From Aquificaceae bacterium (GTDB lineage: Bacteria; Aquificota; Aquificia; Aquificales; Aquificaceae): a stretch of 64,000 bases of DNA. The translations under genes were made by a program, and so were the position numbers. Positions within the stretch are counted from its first letter, which is position 1. Each line of letters starts with the position of its first letter. The notes under the pieces were generated by a model, which saw nothing but the letters and a program-made list of their open reading frames with translations, searched no databases and was not told where the DNA came from. Location: NCBI GenBank assembly GCA_037925075.1, contig JAXSNR010000002.1, positions 352,001-416,000 of the forward strand, in the 5' to 3' direction. Shown piece by piece: positions 20,295-29,981 of this stretch.

Positions 20295-21583
20295 TGGGCA
20301 TGACTATAACAGAAAAGATACTGGCAAACCATGCGGGTAAAAAGGAGGTCTGTGCGGGAGAGCTCATAACCGTAAAGATAGACCTTGCCATGGCAAACGA
20401 TGTAACCGCACCCCTTGCCATAAAGATACTAGAAAAGTACGGCATACAAAGGGTCTTTGACCCAGAGAAGATAGCCCTTGTGCTTTCGCACTTTGTACCA
20501 GCAAAGGACATAAAGTCCGCAGAACAGGCAAAGATGGTGAGAGACTTCGCCAAAAAGCATAACATAAAGTGGTTTTTTCAAGAAGGTGAAGGCATAGAGC
20601 ATACCATACTACCAGAGCAGGGTATCGTGGTTCCCGGAGACCTTGTGGTGGGAGCGGATTCTCATACATGCACCTACGGAGGCATAGGTGCCTTTGCGAC
20701 CGGTATGGGTTCCACGGACATTGCCTACGCCATGGCTACGGGAGAAACATGGCTAAAGGTTCCACCTACCATGAAGTTTATCTTCTACGGAAAGCTTCAG
20801 CCCTGGGTATCAGGCAAAGACCTAATTTTGCACACCATAGGTCAAATAGGCGTGGACGGAGCCCTTTATAAGGCTATGGAGTTTGACGGCGAAGCCATAA
20901 GAAGCCTTTCTGTAGAGCAAAGGCTAACTATAGCCAACATGGCAATAGAAGCAGGCGGCAAAAGCGGAATAATAGCACCCGATGAAAAGACTATAGAATA
21001 TGTCTCCCAAAGGGCAAAGAAGCCTTGGAAGGTTTATCAAAGCGACCCGGATGCCAACTATGAGGTGGTCTATGAATGGGACGCAAGCAAGATAGAGCCT
21101 TTGGTGGCTTGGCCCTATCTGCCCTCAAATGTACATCCTGTTTCCGAATCTACCCATATAAGCATAGACCAAGCCTTTATAGGCTCTTGCACCAACGGAA
21201 GGATTGAGGACCTAAGGGTTGCAGCCAAGATACTTAAAGGCAAAAAGGTGCATCCTTACGTGAGGTGTATAGTGATCCCTGCGTCAAAGCAGGTTTATAT
21301 GCAAGCCCTAAAGGAAGGGCTTATAGACATATTCTTGGAGGCTGGATGTTCCGTTTCCGTTTCTACCTGCGGGCCGTGCCTTGGTGGGCATATGGGCATA
21401 CTGGCGGAGGGTGAACGTTGCATATCCACCTCCAACAGAAACTTCCCCGGAAGGATGGGACATCCCAAGAGCGAGGCCTATCTGGCAAATCCTGCGGTGG
21501 TTGCCGCAAGTGCGGTGCTTGGTAGGATCGCCCATCCAGAGGAGGTCCTCAGAAAGGAGGAGCTTGAAGAGGTTTTTGCTTGA
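20294..21583 (+). CDS. leuC: 3-isopropylmalate dehydratase large subunit (LeuC type 2)
   Basis: GADSHTC, GSCTNGR, CGPCLG, STSNRNF aconitase-family motifs. Confidence 0.88.
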   Translation: MGMTITEKILANHAGKKEVCAGELITVKIDLAMANDVTAPLAIKILEKYGIQRVFDPEKIALVLSHFVPAKDIKSAEQAKMVRDFAKKHNIKWFFQEGEGIEHTILPEQGIVVPGDLVVGADSHTCTYGGIGAFATGMGSTDIAYAMATGETWLKVPPTMKFIFYGKLQPWVSGKDLILHTIGQIGVDGALYKAMEFDGEAIRSLSVEQRLTIANMAIEAGGKSGIIAPDEKTIEYVSQRAKKPWKVYQSDPDANYEVVYEWDASKIEPLVAWPYLPSNVHPVSESTHISIDQAFIGSCTNGRIEDLRVAAKILKGKKVHPYVRCIVIPASKQVYMQALKEGLIDIFLEAGCSVSVSTCGPCLGGHMGILAEGERCISTSNRNFPGRMGHPKSEAYLANPAVVAASAVLGRIAHPEEVLRKEELEEVFA

Positions 21584-22022
21584 AGCAGACCTTCACAGGC
21601 TTGCCCAGTGGCTTAGGTTTCTTGGGCAGGACGCCCTCCTCCTTAAAGAAGCCATAAGTAAGGCGGAGATAACCAAGTACCCAGATAGGGTTTTTATAAC
21701 CACCTCAAGGAAGTTGGAAGAACACTTTAAAGCCTGGGGCATAGAGTACCTGATACTTCCCAAAGAGGATTGGAAGGTCCAGCTTTGCCTTTTGATCAAG
21801 TACTTCAACATAGAACCTGTCTTGAAGCTAAACAGATGTTATTATTGCAATGGGGAGCTTATGGAGGTCAGCAGGGAGGAGGTAAAGGAAAAGTTACCCC
21901 CCATGGCTTACCTCTACGGAAGGGACTTTACAGTTTGCCCTCAGTGTGGAAAGGTCTATTGGAAGGGCTCACATCATCCAAAGCTAAGAAGAGTTCTAAG
22001 AGAAGTGCTTACCGCCTGTTAG
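21564..22022 (+). CDS. Mut7-C RNase (PIN-like) domain protein
   Basis: RFLLEADLHRLAQWLRFLG, RCYYCNG, CPQCGKVYWKGSH; TTG start after AAGGAGG. Confidence 0.85.
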   Translation: MKRFLLEADLHRLAQWLRFLGQDALLLKEAISKAEITKYPDRVFITTSRKLEEHFKAWGIEYLILPKEDWKVQLCLLIKYFNIEPVLKLNRCYYCNGELMEVSREEVKEKLPPMAYLYGRDFTVCPQCGKVYWKGSHHPKLRRVLREVLTAC

Positions 22023-23318
22023 GTATTCTTCCACTCTTTTTGCCACCTCGTAGCTTGACCTTATACAATCCGCCACAGAAACACCGTACAGATAGTTTCC
22101 CGTAAGGAAAAGTCCCAGGTTTTCCCTCTCAAGGGTCTTTGCAAGTTCAAGGTATCTGCCGTAGCCTAAGTTATACTGAGGTATAGCCTTTTTCCACCTT
22201 GTTATGTTGAGAAAATCCACACCGTTTACGCCGAGTGTTTCTTTAAGCTCCTTTTCCACTATGTCCCTTATGGCTTCTTCTTCGTACTCTACCACCTCTG
22301 GGTCTGTGGCACCTCCCAAGTAAAGGGTTAGAAGGTCCTTACCCTCTGGAGCCCTGTTTTTGAATATCTGAGAGGAGAACAGAACGCCCAAAAGCCTTTT
22401 GCCCTCCACCCTTGGTACAAGAAAGCCAAAGCCGGGGGGAACCAAGCCAGCTTTTACACTTACATGGACCACCACAACCGGAGCGTAGTATATCTCGTCA
22501 AACTTCTCCGACGCACTCCAAGATATGTCCCTAAGTAGATAACCTGCAGAGGTTGCGGGAGCAGACACCACCACAGCCTTAGCCTCATATTTACCTTTTT
22601 TTGCATCAAGTACAAAGCGGTCTTCCCTTCTTCTTATTTTAAGGACCACGTTTTGTGTATCCACATTAAGCTTCGAAGAAAGACTTTCTATGAGGGTGTG
22701 GTTTCCACCTTCAAAGGATATGAGCCTTCCAGCAGGTCCCAAGGCTTTGAGCTTTATGGCTCCCTTTATAAGGCTTCCGAACCTTTGTTCAAGTTCATAG
22801 ACTTTCCTGACCGCATGCCTTACAGAAAGCCTCTCTGGATCTCCCGCATAAACTCCCGACACAAAGGGAGCCACTATGTAGTCAAGAAACTCCTTCCCAA
22901 GCCTTCTACGAACAAACTCTCCTATACTTTCTTCCGTCTTTACCGAAGTTGGTACAAAGGGCTCTCTCAAAACCTTTAACTTACCACTCAAGGACAGAAG
23001 GGGGGAGGTCAAAAAGCTCAAAGGAGACATGGGCAAAGGCACAAGCCTGCCCTTTTTGTAAACGTACCTTATCTTTGCTTCCTCTTTTGCGTACTGAGGA
23101 CTTATGCCCACATCCTTCAAAAACTCTTCCACCTTGGCATCAGCAAGTACCGTTTGAGGTCCAAGCTCAAGAACAAAGCCGTCCTTCCTTACGGTTTGTA
23201 TGTTGCCTCCGGGCAGGTCTTCCTTTTCAAAGACGAAAACCTCAAAGCCTTTCCTTTTAAGATGGAAGGCAACAGAAAGCCCAGATATGCCACTTCCGAT
23301 TACCGCTACATCTATCAT
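21996..23318 (-). CDS. hemG: Protoporphyrinogen/coproporphyrinogen oxidase (HemY/HemG family)
   Basis: GSGISGL FAD motif, [17 protein letters not shown]. Confidence 0.92.
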   Translation of the reverse strand: MIDVAVIGSGISGLSVAFHLKRKGFEVFVFEKEDLPGGNIQTVRKDGFVLELGPQTVLADAKVEEFLKDVGISPQYAKEEAKIRYVYKKGRLVPLPMSPLSFLTSPLLSLSGKLKVLREPFVPTSVKTEESIGEFVRRRLGKEFLDYIVAPFVSGVYAGDPERLSVRHAVRKVYELEQRFGSLIKGAIKLKALGPAGRLISFEGGNHTLIESLSSKLNVDTQNVVLKIRRREDRFVLDAKKGKYEAKAVVVSAPATSAGYLLRDISWSASEKFDEIYYAPVVVVHVSVKAGLVPPGFGFLVPRVEGKRLLGVLFSSQIFKNRAPEGKDLLTLYLGGATDPEVVEYEEEAIRDIVEKELKETLGVNGVDFLNITRWKKAIPQYNLGYGRYLELAKTLERENLGLFLTGNYLYGVSVADCIRSSYEVAKRVEEYLTGGKHFS

Positions 23319-24118
23319 GTCTTGTAGGGCACTCCCTTAAGGGGTGAAGAGGGCACCGCATAAGTCCTCTTTGGCATCCTTCCCGCAAGGTAAGAAAGCC
23401 TTCCAGATATAACCGCATACTTCATGGCTACCGCCATCCTTATTGGGTCCTTTGCCTCCGCAAGGGCTGTGTTGGTTAGAATTCCGTCAATGCCCAACTC
23501 CATAACTGGGGGTATATCAGAGGCACTACCTATGCCAGCATCCACTATAACGGGTACAGATACCGCCTCCTTTATAAAGATCAGGTTGTAGGGGTTTTGC
23601 ATGCCAAGGCCTGAGCCTATGGGTGCTGCAAGGGGCATAACCGCTGCACAGCCTATATCCTCAAACTTCTTTGCATAAACGGGGTCGTCAAAGATGTAGG
23701 GTAGGACCACAAAGCCCTCTTTAACAAGAAACTTGCAAGCCTTGAGGGTCTCCTCCATATCCGGTAGAAGGGTCTTCTGGTCGCCTATAACCTCAAGCTT
23801 TACCCAGTTTATACCTGTTGCCTCCCTTGCCAGCATGGCAGTCTTTATGGCCTCTTCCGCGGTATAACAGCCGGCGGTATTGGGTAGTATCTGATACTTG
23901 TTTGGGTCTATGTAATCAAGGAGGTTTTCCTTGCTTCTGTCTGTGATGTTTACCCTACGCACCGCGACCGTTATCATCTCCGCACCGGAAGCCTCAAGAA
24001 CCTCCTTCGTCTCTTGAAAGCTCTTGAATTTGCCAGAGCCTATTATGAGCCTTGACCTGAATTGCTTCCCTGCGATCTCCAAGTAGTCCTCTTCCAAAAG
24101 CCTTTCGTAATCTAACAT
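23315..24118 (-). CDS. thiG: Thiazole synthase
   Basis: [39 protein letters not shown]. Confidence 0.97.
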   Translation of the reverse strand: MLDYERLLEEDYLEIAGKQFRSRLIIGSGKFKSFQETKEVLEASGAEMITVAVRRVNITDRSKENLLDYIDPNKYQILPNTAGCYTAEEAIKTAMLAREATGINWVKLEVIGDQKTLLPDMEETLKACKFLVKEGFVVLPYIFDDPVYAKKFEDIGCAAVMPLAAPIGSGLGMQNPYNLIFIKEAVSVPVIVDAGIGSASDIPPVMELGIDGILTNTALAEAKDPIRMAVAMKYAVISGRLSYLAGRMPKRTYAVPSSPLKGVPYKT

Positions 24119-24325
24119 CTATCCACCTCCTACTATGTTTACTATCTCAACCCTGTCGCCCTCTTTTAGCACATACTCCGCATACTTGCTTTTTGGCACA
24201 ATTTCTTCGTTTACCGCCACTGCAAGACCTATGGGGCGAACCTCTACACCCTCCTTCTCCAAAAGGGAAAGCAGAGTAATATTGTTCTCCACCTCAAGGT
24301 GCTTTCCATTAACTATGAGCCTCAT
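24119..24325 (-). CDS. thiS: Sulfur carrier protein ThiS
   Basis: 68 aa, AVAVNEEIV, C-terminal VGGG; abuts thiG. Confidence 0.94.
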   Translation of the reverse strand: MRLIVNGKHLEVENNITLLSLLEKEGVEVRPIGLAVAVNEEIVPKSKYAEYVLKEGDRVEIVNIVGGG

Positions 24326-24455
24326 GGAATTATTAAATATAGCCTTTGCCCTTGTTTTGCAAGATGGATAAGTGTATCGGTATATTCTTAATTCTTTATT
24401 TATGACCATGAAACCTAAAAAGTAGAAATTGAATAAATCTTCATTTTGATAGGTA

Positions 24456-24484
24456 TTGACAAAATAGAAATATTTGCATATACT
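24456..24484 (+). promoter_or_regulatory. Sigma70-type promoter of the ba3 oxidase operon
   Basis: TTGACA-17 nt-TATACT. Confidence 0.75.
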
Positions 24485-24533
24485 TATAAGTGAGTTTTAT
24501 CTTTGTATAAAAACTTCTTATAGGAGGTATGCC

Positions 24534-24659
24534 ATGAAGGACGAGCACTTCTTCCCAAAGGGGGCGGTAGCCTTCTTTCTTTTCATGCTTGGTTTTTATG
24601 CCCTTGTGTGGCTATCCACTTACCTGACCATGCTTGCCAGAGGTCAAACACAACCATAA
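24534..24659 (+). CDS. ba3-type cytochrome c oxidase subunit IIa (single TM)
   Basis: 41 aa FFPKGAVAFFLFMLGFYALVW...LARG; SD AGGAGG; directly before subunit II. Confidence 0.8.
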   Translation: MKDEHFFPKGAVAFFLFMLGFYALVWLSTYLTMLARGQTQP

Positions 24660-24671
24660 GGAGGTAGAGCC

Positions 24672-25109
24672 ATGGACAAGGCGGAAAAGACTGCTCTTAT
24701 ATTGGCGATAGGCTTTCTTGCTTTCTTTGCAGGCTTGTTGGTGTACGCCGCAAAGGCTCTCAATATTGAAGTTCCCACATGTATAACGGACGTAAATCCC
24801 TTCACCGAAGGAAAGGTGATCCAACATGCTCCCAACAGGTACGAAATCCACTACCTTGCCAAAATGTGGTACTTTGAACCCGCGGATGTGGAAATTCCCG
24901 CTGGCTCTGTGGTGGATATTTATCTGACGAGTGCGGATGTGATACACGGCTTTCAGATTGATGGCACCAACATAAACCTTATGGCTATACCGGGTACTGT
25001 TGCATACGCAAGGTACAAGTTTGACAAGCCCGGTGTGTATCACATAGTATGCCATGAATACTGCGGTATAGGACATCAGGATATGGCTACAAAGATAGTA
25101 GTCAAATAA
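24672..25109 (+). CDS. coxB: ba3-type cytochrome c oxidase subunit II (CuA)
   Basis: One TM, DVIHGF, CHEYCGIGHQDM CuA motif. Confidence 0.93.
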   Translation: MDKAEKTALILAIGFLAFFAGLLVYAAKALNIEVPTCITDVNPFTEGKVIQHAPNRYEIHYLAKMWYFEPADVEIPAGSVVDIYLTSADVIHGFQIDGTNINLMAIPGTVAYARYKFDKPGVYHIVCHEYCGIGHQDMATKIVVK

Positions 25110-25121
25110 AGGAGGTAAGCC

Positions 25122-26864
25122 ATGAAGGTGGACAGGACAATAAGAAACATAATAGTGGCTGAGATAGTTTTTCCCATTGTGCTTCTTGTTTTTGGCATTT
25201 ACCACGGCCTTATGCAGGTGCTTTATAGGGCTGGTGTAATAAAGGACATGTCCGTGGGTGGCATTGAGTACTATCAAGGTCTTACCCTTCACGGCGTTAT
25301 AAACGCCATAGTTTTCACCACCATAATCATAGTGGCCCTTGGAAACATAGTTTTCCTTTACTACCTTAAAAAGCCTCTGAGAGCACCCGTTCAGTGGCTT
25401 AGCCTCATTCTTATGTTTGGTGGCACCCTTATGGCCTCATGGGCTATGTTCACTGGCAAGGCAAACGTGCTATATACCTTTTATCCACCGCTTTTAGCCC
25501 ATTGGACCTTCTATTTAGGCGCCGCTCTTCTGATAGTGGGATCCCTTGTTCCCCTCTTCTTTGATTGGCTACCCAACTACATCTCATGGAAGAGAGAAAA
25601 CCCCGGTCAGAAGGTACCCCTTGCAGTTTATGGCATGCTTATAAACCACATAATGTGGCTTATTATGGTGGTGCCCGTAGTGATTGAGGTCCTCTTCCAG
25701 CTACTTCCCCTCTCCCTTGGTCTTGTTCAGGAGATAAACCCCTCCCTTGCAAGGACCCTTTTCTGGGCCTTTGGACACCCAGTGGTGTACTTCTGGCTTT
25801 TGCCCGCCTATGTGATGCTTTATACGATCCTGCCAAAGATTGTGACCGGTGACGGAAAGCTATACTCCGATGGTGCAGCAAGGCTCGTTTTTATACTCTT
25901 CCTCATACTCTCCTTCCCGGTAGGGCTTCATCACCAGTTTACAGAGCCGGGAATAAGCAACAACTACAAGCTTATACACGCCCTCTTTACCTTTGGTGTG
26001 GCGGTTCCCAGTATGATAACCGCCTTTACCGTGGCTTCATCCCTTGAATACTCCATAAAGTCCAAGTACCCAGAGCTTAAGAACTCCCTATTCTACTGGT
26101 GGACAAAGATCCCCTACATAAGCCTTGAAGGCAACAAGTGGCTTGTCTCCTACTTTATGGCGGGTCTCTTCCTCTTCTTTGTGGGTGGTATTACTGGAAT
26201 TATAAACGCCTCTTACAACATGAACCAAGTGGTACACAACACCTCCTTTCTGCCCGGGCACTTCCACACCACCGTTGGCGGACTTGTGACCCTTGTGTTT
26301 CTTGGTATGTCCCTTTACTTTTTGTCTCAGCTTACTGGAAAGGAGATAAGGTTCAAGGGTCTTGCGGTACTTGCTCCTTGGCTTTGGTGGCAGGGTATGC
26401 TTATATTTGAGTACGCCATGTCTTTTGCAGGTATGCATGGCTTTCCAAGGAGGACCAACACGGGAATTTCTTATCTGAACCCAGAATCTCCCCTATACAG
26501 GCCTGAATGGGTAGGGTATGCGGAGCTTTCCGTGTTTGCGGGTGTGCTTATAGTGGTCGGCTTTGTCTTCTGGGCTGTATCCTTCTTCGGAACGCTTCTT
26601 TCGCCCGCCGTTAGAGAGCCAGAGCTTGAAGTGCCCACCGCAGAACCTTACCACGATGAAAAGATGCCAGCCCTTCAAAAGCTAACCCCTTGGGTCGTCT
26701 TTAGCTCACTACTTTTCTTAATCTCCTACATACCGCCCCTTTACGATGTTACCAAGAAGGGAGTGTTCTTTGACTCACCGGGTTATAAGGATAAAAGCCC
26801 CGTTCCTACTACAAAGCCCCAGTCCGCAAGTGATGACAAAAGGAATGTTGTGGAAGTTAAATGA
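25122..26864 (+). CDS. coxA: B-family (ba3-type) heme-copper oxidase subunit I
   Basis: TLHG, FGHPVVY, GLHHQF, GHFH ligands. Confidence 0.94.
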   Translation: MKVDRTIRNIIVAEIVFPIVLLVFGIYHGLMQVLYRAGVIKDMSVGGIEYYQGLTLHGVINAIVFTTIIIVALGNIVFLYYLKKPLRAPVQWLSLILMFGGTLMASWAMFTGKANVLYTFYPPLLAHWTFYLGAALLIVGSLVPLFFDWLPNYISWKRENPGQKVPLAVYGMLINHIMWLIMVVPVVIEVLFQLLPLSLGLVQEINPSLARTLFWAFGHPVVYFWLLPAYVMLYTILPKIVTGDGKLYSDGAARLVFILFLILSFPVGLHHQFTEPGISNNYKLIHALFTFGVAVPSMITAFTVASSLEYSIKSKYPELKNSLFYWWTKIPYISLEGNKWLVSYFMAGLFLFFVGGITGIINASYNMNQVVHNTSFLPGHFHTTVGGLVTLVFLGMSLYFLSQLTGKEIRFKGLAVLAPWLWWQGMLIFEYAMSFAGMHGFPRRTNTGISYLNPESPLYRPEWVGYAELSVFAGVLIVVGFVFWAVSFFGTLLSPAVREPELEVPTAEPYHDEKMPALQKLTPWVVFSSLLFLISYIPPLYDVTKKGVFFDSPGYKDKSPVPTTKPQSASDDKRNVVEVK

Positions 26865-27603
26865 GGGTTCCGTCGTGTGCCATTCCTGTAGAGGGCTTTT
26901 GTCCCTCCTCTTTTTTATTTTCATCGCCTTCTCTCAAGAAGGTTCAACGGGTATACCACCCAACGAAGGGAAAACCCTTGGAAAAGAGCTTCCCCATGTG
27001 GCCCTTATAGATTCCAAAGGAAGAGAGTTTAGCCTTCGTAGCCTAAAGGGAAAGCCCCTTATTCTAAGCCCCATATACACCCACTGCAACTCCGCCTGCC
27101 CCATAATAACAGATTCTCTAAAAAAGGTTATACCCTCTCTTGGAAAGCCCGGTGAAGACTTTTGGGTTCTATCCCTTACCTTTGACCCTATGGACACACA
27201 AGAGGATATTCAAGCTTTTCAGGAAAAATACCAGCTTGATGGCGAAGGTTGGAAGGTGGTAAGGGCAAAAAGCAAGGAGGACCTTTTTAGACTTCTGGAT
27301 GCCATAGACTTTAGGTTTATGTCTGTGCCCAAGACAAGGGACTTTGTCCACCCAAACCTTGTGGTGTTCATATCTCCAGACATGAGGATTAAAAAGTATG
27401 TATATGGCGTCGTGTTTGAGGAAAAGGAAATGCGTAAGGCACTTGAATACTCTATGGGTAAAAGGGACCTTTTGGAAAGCTTTAAAGGGTTTTTGTTCTT
27501 CCTTGGTTTGATGGGCGTGTCCCTTAGTGGGCTTTACCTTGTGATAGGCACCGCAAAAGTTCTGTATAAAAGGGAAGAAAAGCTTACAGATAATAAGCTA
27601 TAG
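26845..27603 (+). CDS. SCO family copper chaperone
   Basis: YTHCNSACP (CxxxCP), LTFDP, FVHP; follows the oxidase genes; start uncertain. Confidence 0.88.
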   Translation: MLWKLNEGSVVCHSCRGLLSLLFFIFIAFSQEGSTGIPPNEGKTLGKELPHVALIDSKGREFSLRSLKGKPLILSPIYTHCNSACPIITDSLKKVIPSLGKPGEDFWVLSLTFDPMDTQEDIQAFQEKYQLDGEGWKVVRAKSKEDLFRLLDAIDFRFMSVPKTRDFVHPNLVVFISPDMRIKKYVYGVVFEEKEMRKALEYSMGKRDLLESFKGFLFFLGLMGVSLSGLYLVIGTAKVLYKREEKLTDNKL

Positions 27604-28717
27604 CCTCTGAAACTATCTTTTTCACCTCCTTTCTAACTTCTCCTTCTCTTGGCACATCCATGAGCCTTTGATACATATAGCTTCTGTCCACCTCATCCTC
27701 AAACTCCTCAAAATCCACAGAAATAAGAAGCTTTTTTGCCTCTTGATTGAGCATATCGGGAATGTCCCTTTCTGAAAGCCTGCACCAAAGGAGAGCCCAA
27801 GCCCTGGCGAGGGCTATAGGATGGTACCCTCCACCGCCTAAGTATATGCCCTCTCCCAACATATCCCTTATCAGGTCAAAGGCTTTTAAAAAGCCCCAGT
27901 TGGAAAGCTCAAACTTAGAAAGGTAGTCTTCCATCAAGGTATCTGTACCAAGCTGAAGCACATAAACCTCATATGGAAAGACTTCTACCACTGCCTGTAA
28001 AGCCTTTTCAAGAACATACAAAAACTCACTGTCTATAATGCCCTTTGGAAGCGGTATGTTAAGGTTGTAGCCTTTACCTTTCCCAGAGCCTCTTTCATTT
28101 ATAAAGCCCCTCTTGAAGGGAAAGGCGTACTCTGGAGACTGATGGATGGAGAAGGTAAAAACCCGGTCGTCCTCGTAAAAAAAGTCCTGCACTCCGTCGC
28201 AGTGGTGGGCATCAAGGTCTATGTAAAGTATTCTCTTAAAGCCCTTTGAAAGAAGGTACTGGAGGGCTACGCCCGGGTCGTTTATAAAGCAAAAGCCCTT
28301 TGCCCTTGAAGGATACGCATGGTGCATGCCACCTGCGGGATTAAAGGCTTTATACCCTTCAAGAAACAGATCCACCGCTTGAACCGAAGAGCCCGTGGCA
28401 AGCAAAGAGCCCTTCCACATGGCCAAAGACACAGGGTTTTCGTAGGTGCCTATGTTAAACCTTTCCCTGTAATCCTTTTTTACACACTGACAACGGTCGC
28501 ACTCCTCAAGGGCTCTAAGATAATCCTCCTCATGGAAAAGCCTTAGCTCCTCCCAATAGGCTTTTCTACTTTCTACAAGCTCTTCCTCTGTAATAAGGTC
28601 CATAGCCTTTAAAAGCTCAAGCAAAAGGGAAACCCTCGGTATTCTCAGTGGATGGTTTTTTGTGTATCTTAGGTTTTTGTAGGCGTAGCTACCTATGAGT
28701 TTTGACCTCTTCCGCAT
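27584..28717 (-). CDS. acuC: Histone deacetylase-like protein / acetoin utilization AcuC
   Basis: GGMHHA, GFCFIND, DLDAHHCDG, GGGGY. Confidence 0.9.
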   Translation of the reverse strand: MRKRSKLIGSYAYKNLRYTKNHPLRIPRVSLLLELLKAMDLITEEELVESRKAYWEELRLFHEEDYLRALEECDRCQCVKKDYRERFNIGTYENPVSLAMWKGSLLATGSSVQAVDLFLEGYKAFNPAGGMHHAYPSRAKGFCFINDPGVALQYLLSKGFKRILYIDLDAHHCDGVQDFFYEDDRVFTFSIHQSPEYAFPFKRGFINERGSGKGKGYNLNIPLPKGIIDSEFLYVLEKALQAVVEVFPYEVYVLQLGTDTLMEDYLSKFELSNWGFLKAFDLIRDMLGEGIYLGGGGYHPIALARAWALLWCRLSERDIPDMLNQEAKKLLISVDFEEFEDEVDRSYMYQRLMDVPREGEVRKEVKKIVSEAIAYYL

Positions 28718-29981
28718 AGCTCTTTACCAGTTTGTGGACCTCCCTGTAGTTTATATCTCCCGCAAGCACATAGCCTTTCCCCCCGTAGCTGAACTTCTTT
28801 GAAACTGTAATACAAAAATCGTCCGTCGCCTGTGAGATGTATATGTTGGAAATATACACATCTTCGTAGCTTGCCTTTTTGAAGTATTCCTTCTCTGACC
28901 TATCCGCCCCCTTCTTTCCTGTCTTTACCGTATAAGTTAGCCTTGGGTTTACCACATTGTTGGAAACCTGAAGACCGCTCTCCCCTATTATGTAGAAAAG
29001 TTCAAAGTAGGGATGTTTTTTAAAAAAGTCATACAGGGTAAACTCCCATAGGTCTCTGTCTGTTCTTTTGAGGCTTTCCACTATGCTTTCAAAGTCTTGT
29101 TTTATTCTGTTTCTTACATGGTGTATCAATTCCCTTTTTTCGTACTCACACAGAACTACAGAGGGCTTTTCACTATGGAATATAAAACATGAGGCGTCAT
29201 GCACCTCTTCCATTTTTCTCTTTAACTCGGAGCTTAGCTTAAAAAAATCCTCAAAGCTTTTTAAGTCTTTGGTAGGTATGCAATAACCAAGAAGATAAAC
29301 CGGCTTTGCGTCCGCATAAAGTAGGGAAAACTCCCTCTGAAACTCCCTATACAGGTCCATAATCTCTTCCTCTTTTAGCTTCACCTTGGAAAGGGCATAA
29401 ACTTCGTTTTCCTCGTAAGACAGGCTCACATCTCCTTGTATGCTGTTTTTTATAGACTCATAAAGAACTCTCTGAAGGCTTTCGCCCTTTGAGGACCCGT
29501 ACTCCTCCACAAAATCTTTGAGACCCTTTATGTAAAAGCAGTAAAAGTAATACTCTTGACCAAAAAGAGACCTTATCTTCTGAAACATGGGAACTACAGC
29601 TTCCCTGAAAAGGCTTACATGATACAAAACCACATGGTAAAAAAGAACACCCATGTATGAGCCCTTCCTGTCTACCAGTAGTATGGGAGATTTGCAGGTG
29701 TTAAAAAAATCAAGAAGCGATACAAGGTGCTCTGGCTTTAGAACTGCGTTCCTTAGCTTCATAAGGGGATGGGCAATATCTCCTACGGTGAGATGTTCTT
29801 TGTGTTGGGCTTTTATAAGGTCAAGCTTGCCCACTATACCTATGGGCTTGTTGTCCAGCACCACAACCAAAAAGTTATATATACTATGCTCTTCAAAGGC
29901 TTTTAGGGCTTCTCTAATGCTGAGGTTGTACTCTATTGTTGGTACGCCTGTGGCAAGCCGAGCTAACTCTAACTCCTTCAT
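28689..29981 (-). CDS. CBS-pair + degenerate GGDEF-like + Cache/PDC-like domain protein
   Basis: N-terminal CBS repeats; C-terminal DRSEKEYF...YISQAT...VLAGDI Cache-like segment. Confidence 0.65.
   Translation of the reverse strand: MKELELARLATGVPTIEYNLSIREALKAFEEHSIYNFLVVVLDNKPIGIVGKLDLIKAQHKEHLTVGDIAHPLMKLRNAVLKPEHLVSLLDFFNTCKSPILLVDRKGSYMGVLFYHVVLYHVSLFREAVVPMFQKIRSLFGQEYYFYCFYIKGLKDFVEEYGSSKGESLQRVLYESIKNSIQGDVSLSYEENEVYALSKVKLKEEEIMDLYREFQREFSLLYADAKPVYLLGYCIPTKDLKSFEDFFKLSSELKRKMEEVHDASCFIFHSEKPSVVLCEYEKRELIHHVRNRIKQDFESIVESLKRTDRDLWEFTLYDFFKKHPYFELFYIIGESGLQVSNNVVNPRLTYTVKTGKKGADRSEKEYFKKASYEDVYISNIYISQATDDFCITVSKKFSYGGKGYVLAGDINYREVHKLVKSYAEEVKTHR

Noticed and set aside
24326..24455. 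TPP riboswitch upstream of thiS-thiG
   Set aside because: No conserved THI-box core (CTGAGA etc.) on the minus strand; thiS appears to have a very short leader
24446..24459. FNR/DNR-like box TTGAT-N4-ATTGA before the oxidase promoter
   Set aside because: Second half-site matches ATCAA poorly and is explained by the -35 hexamer
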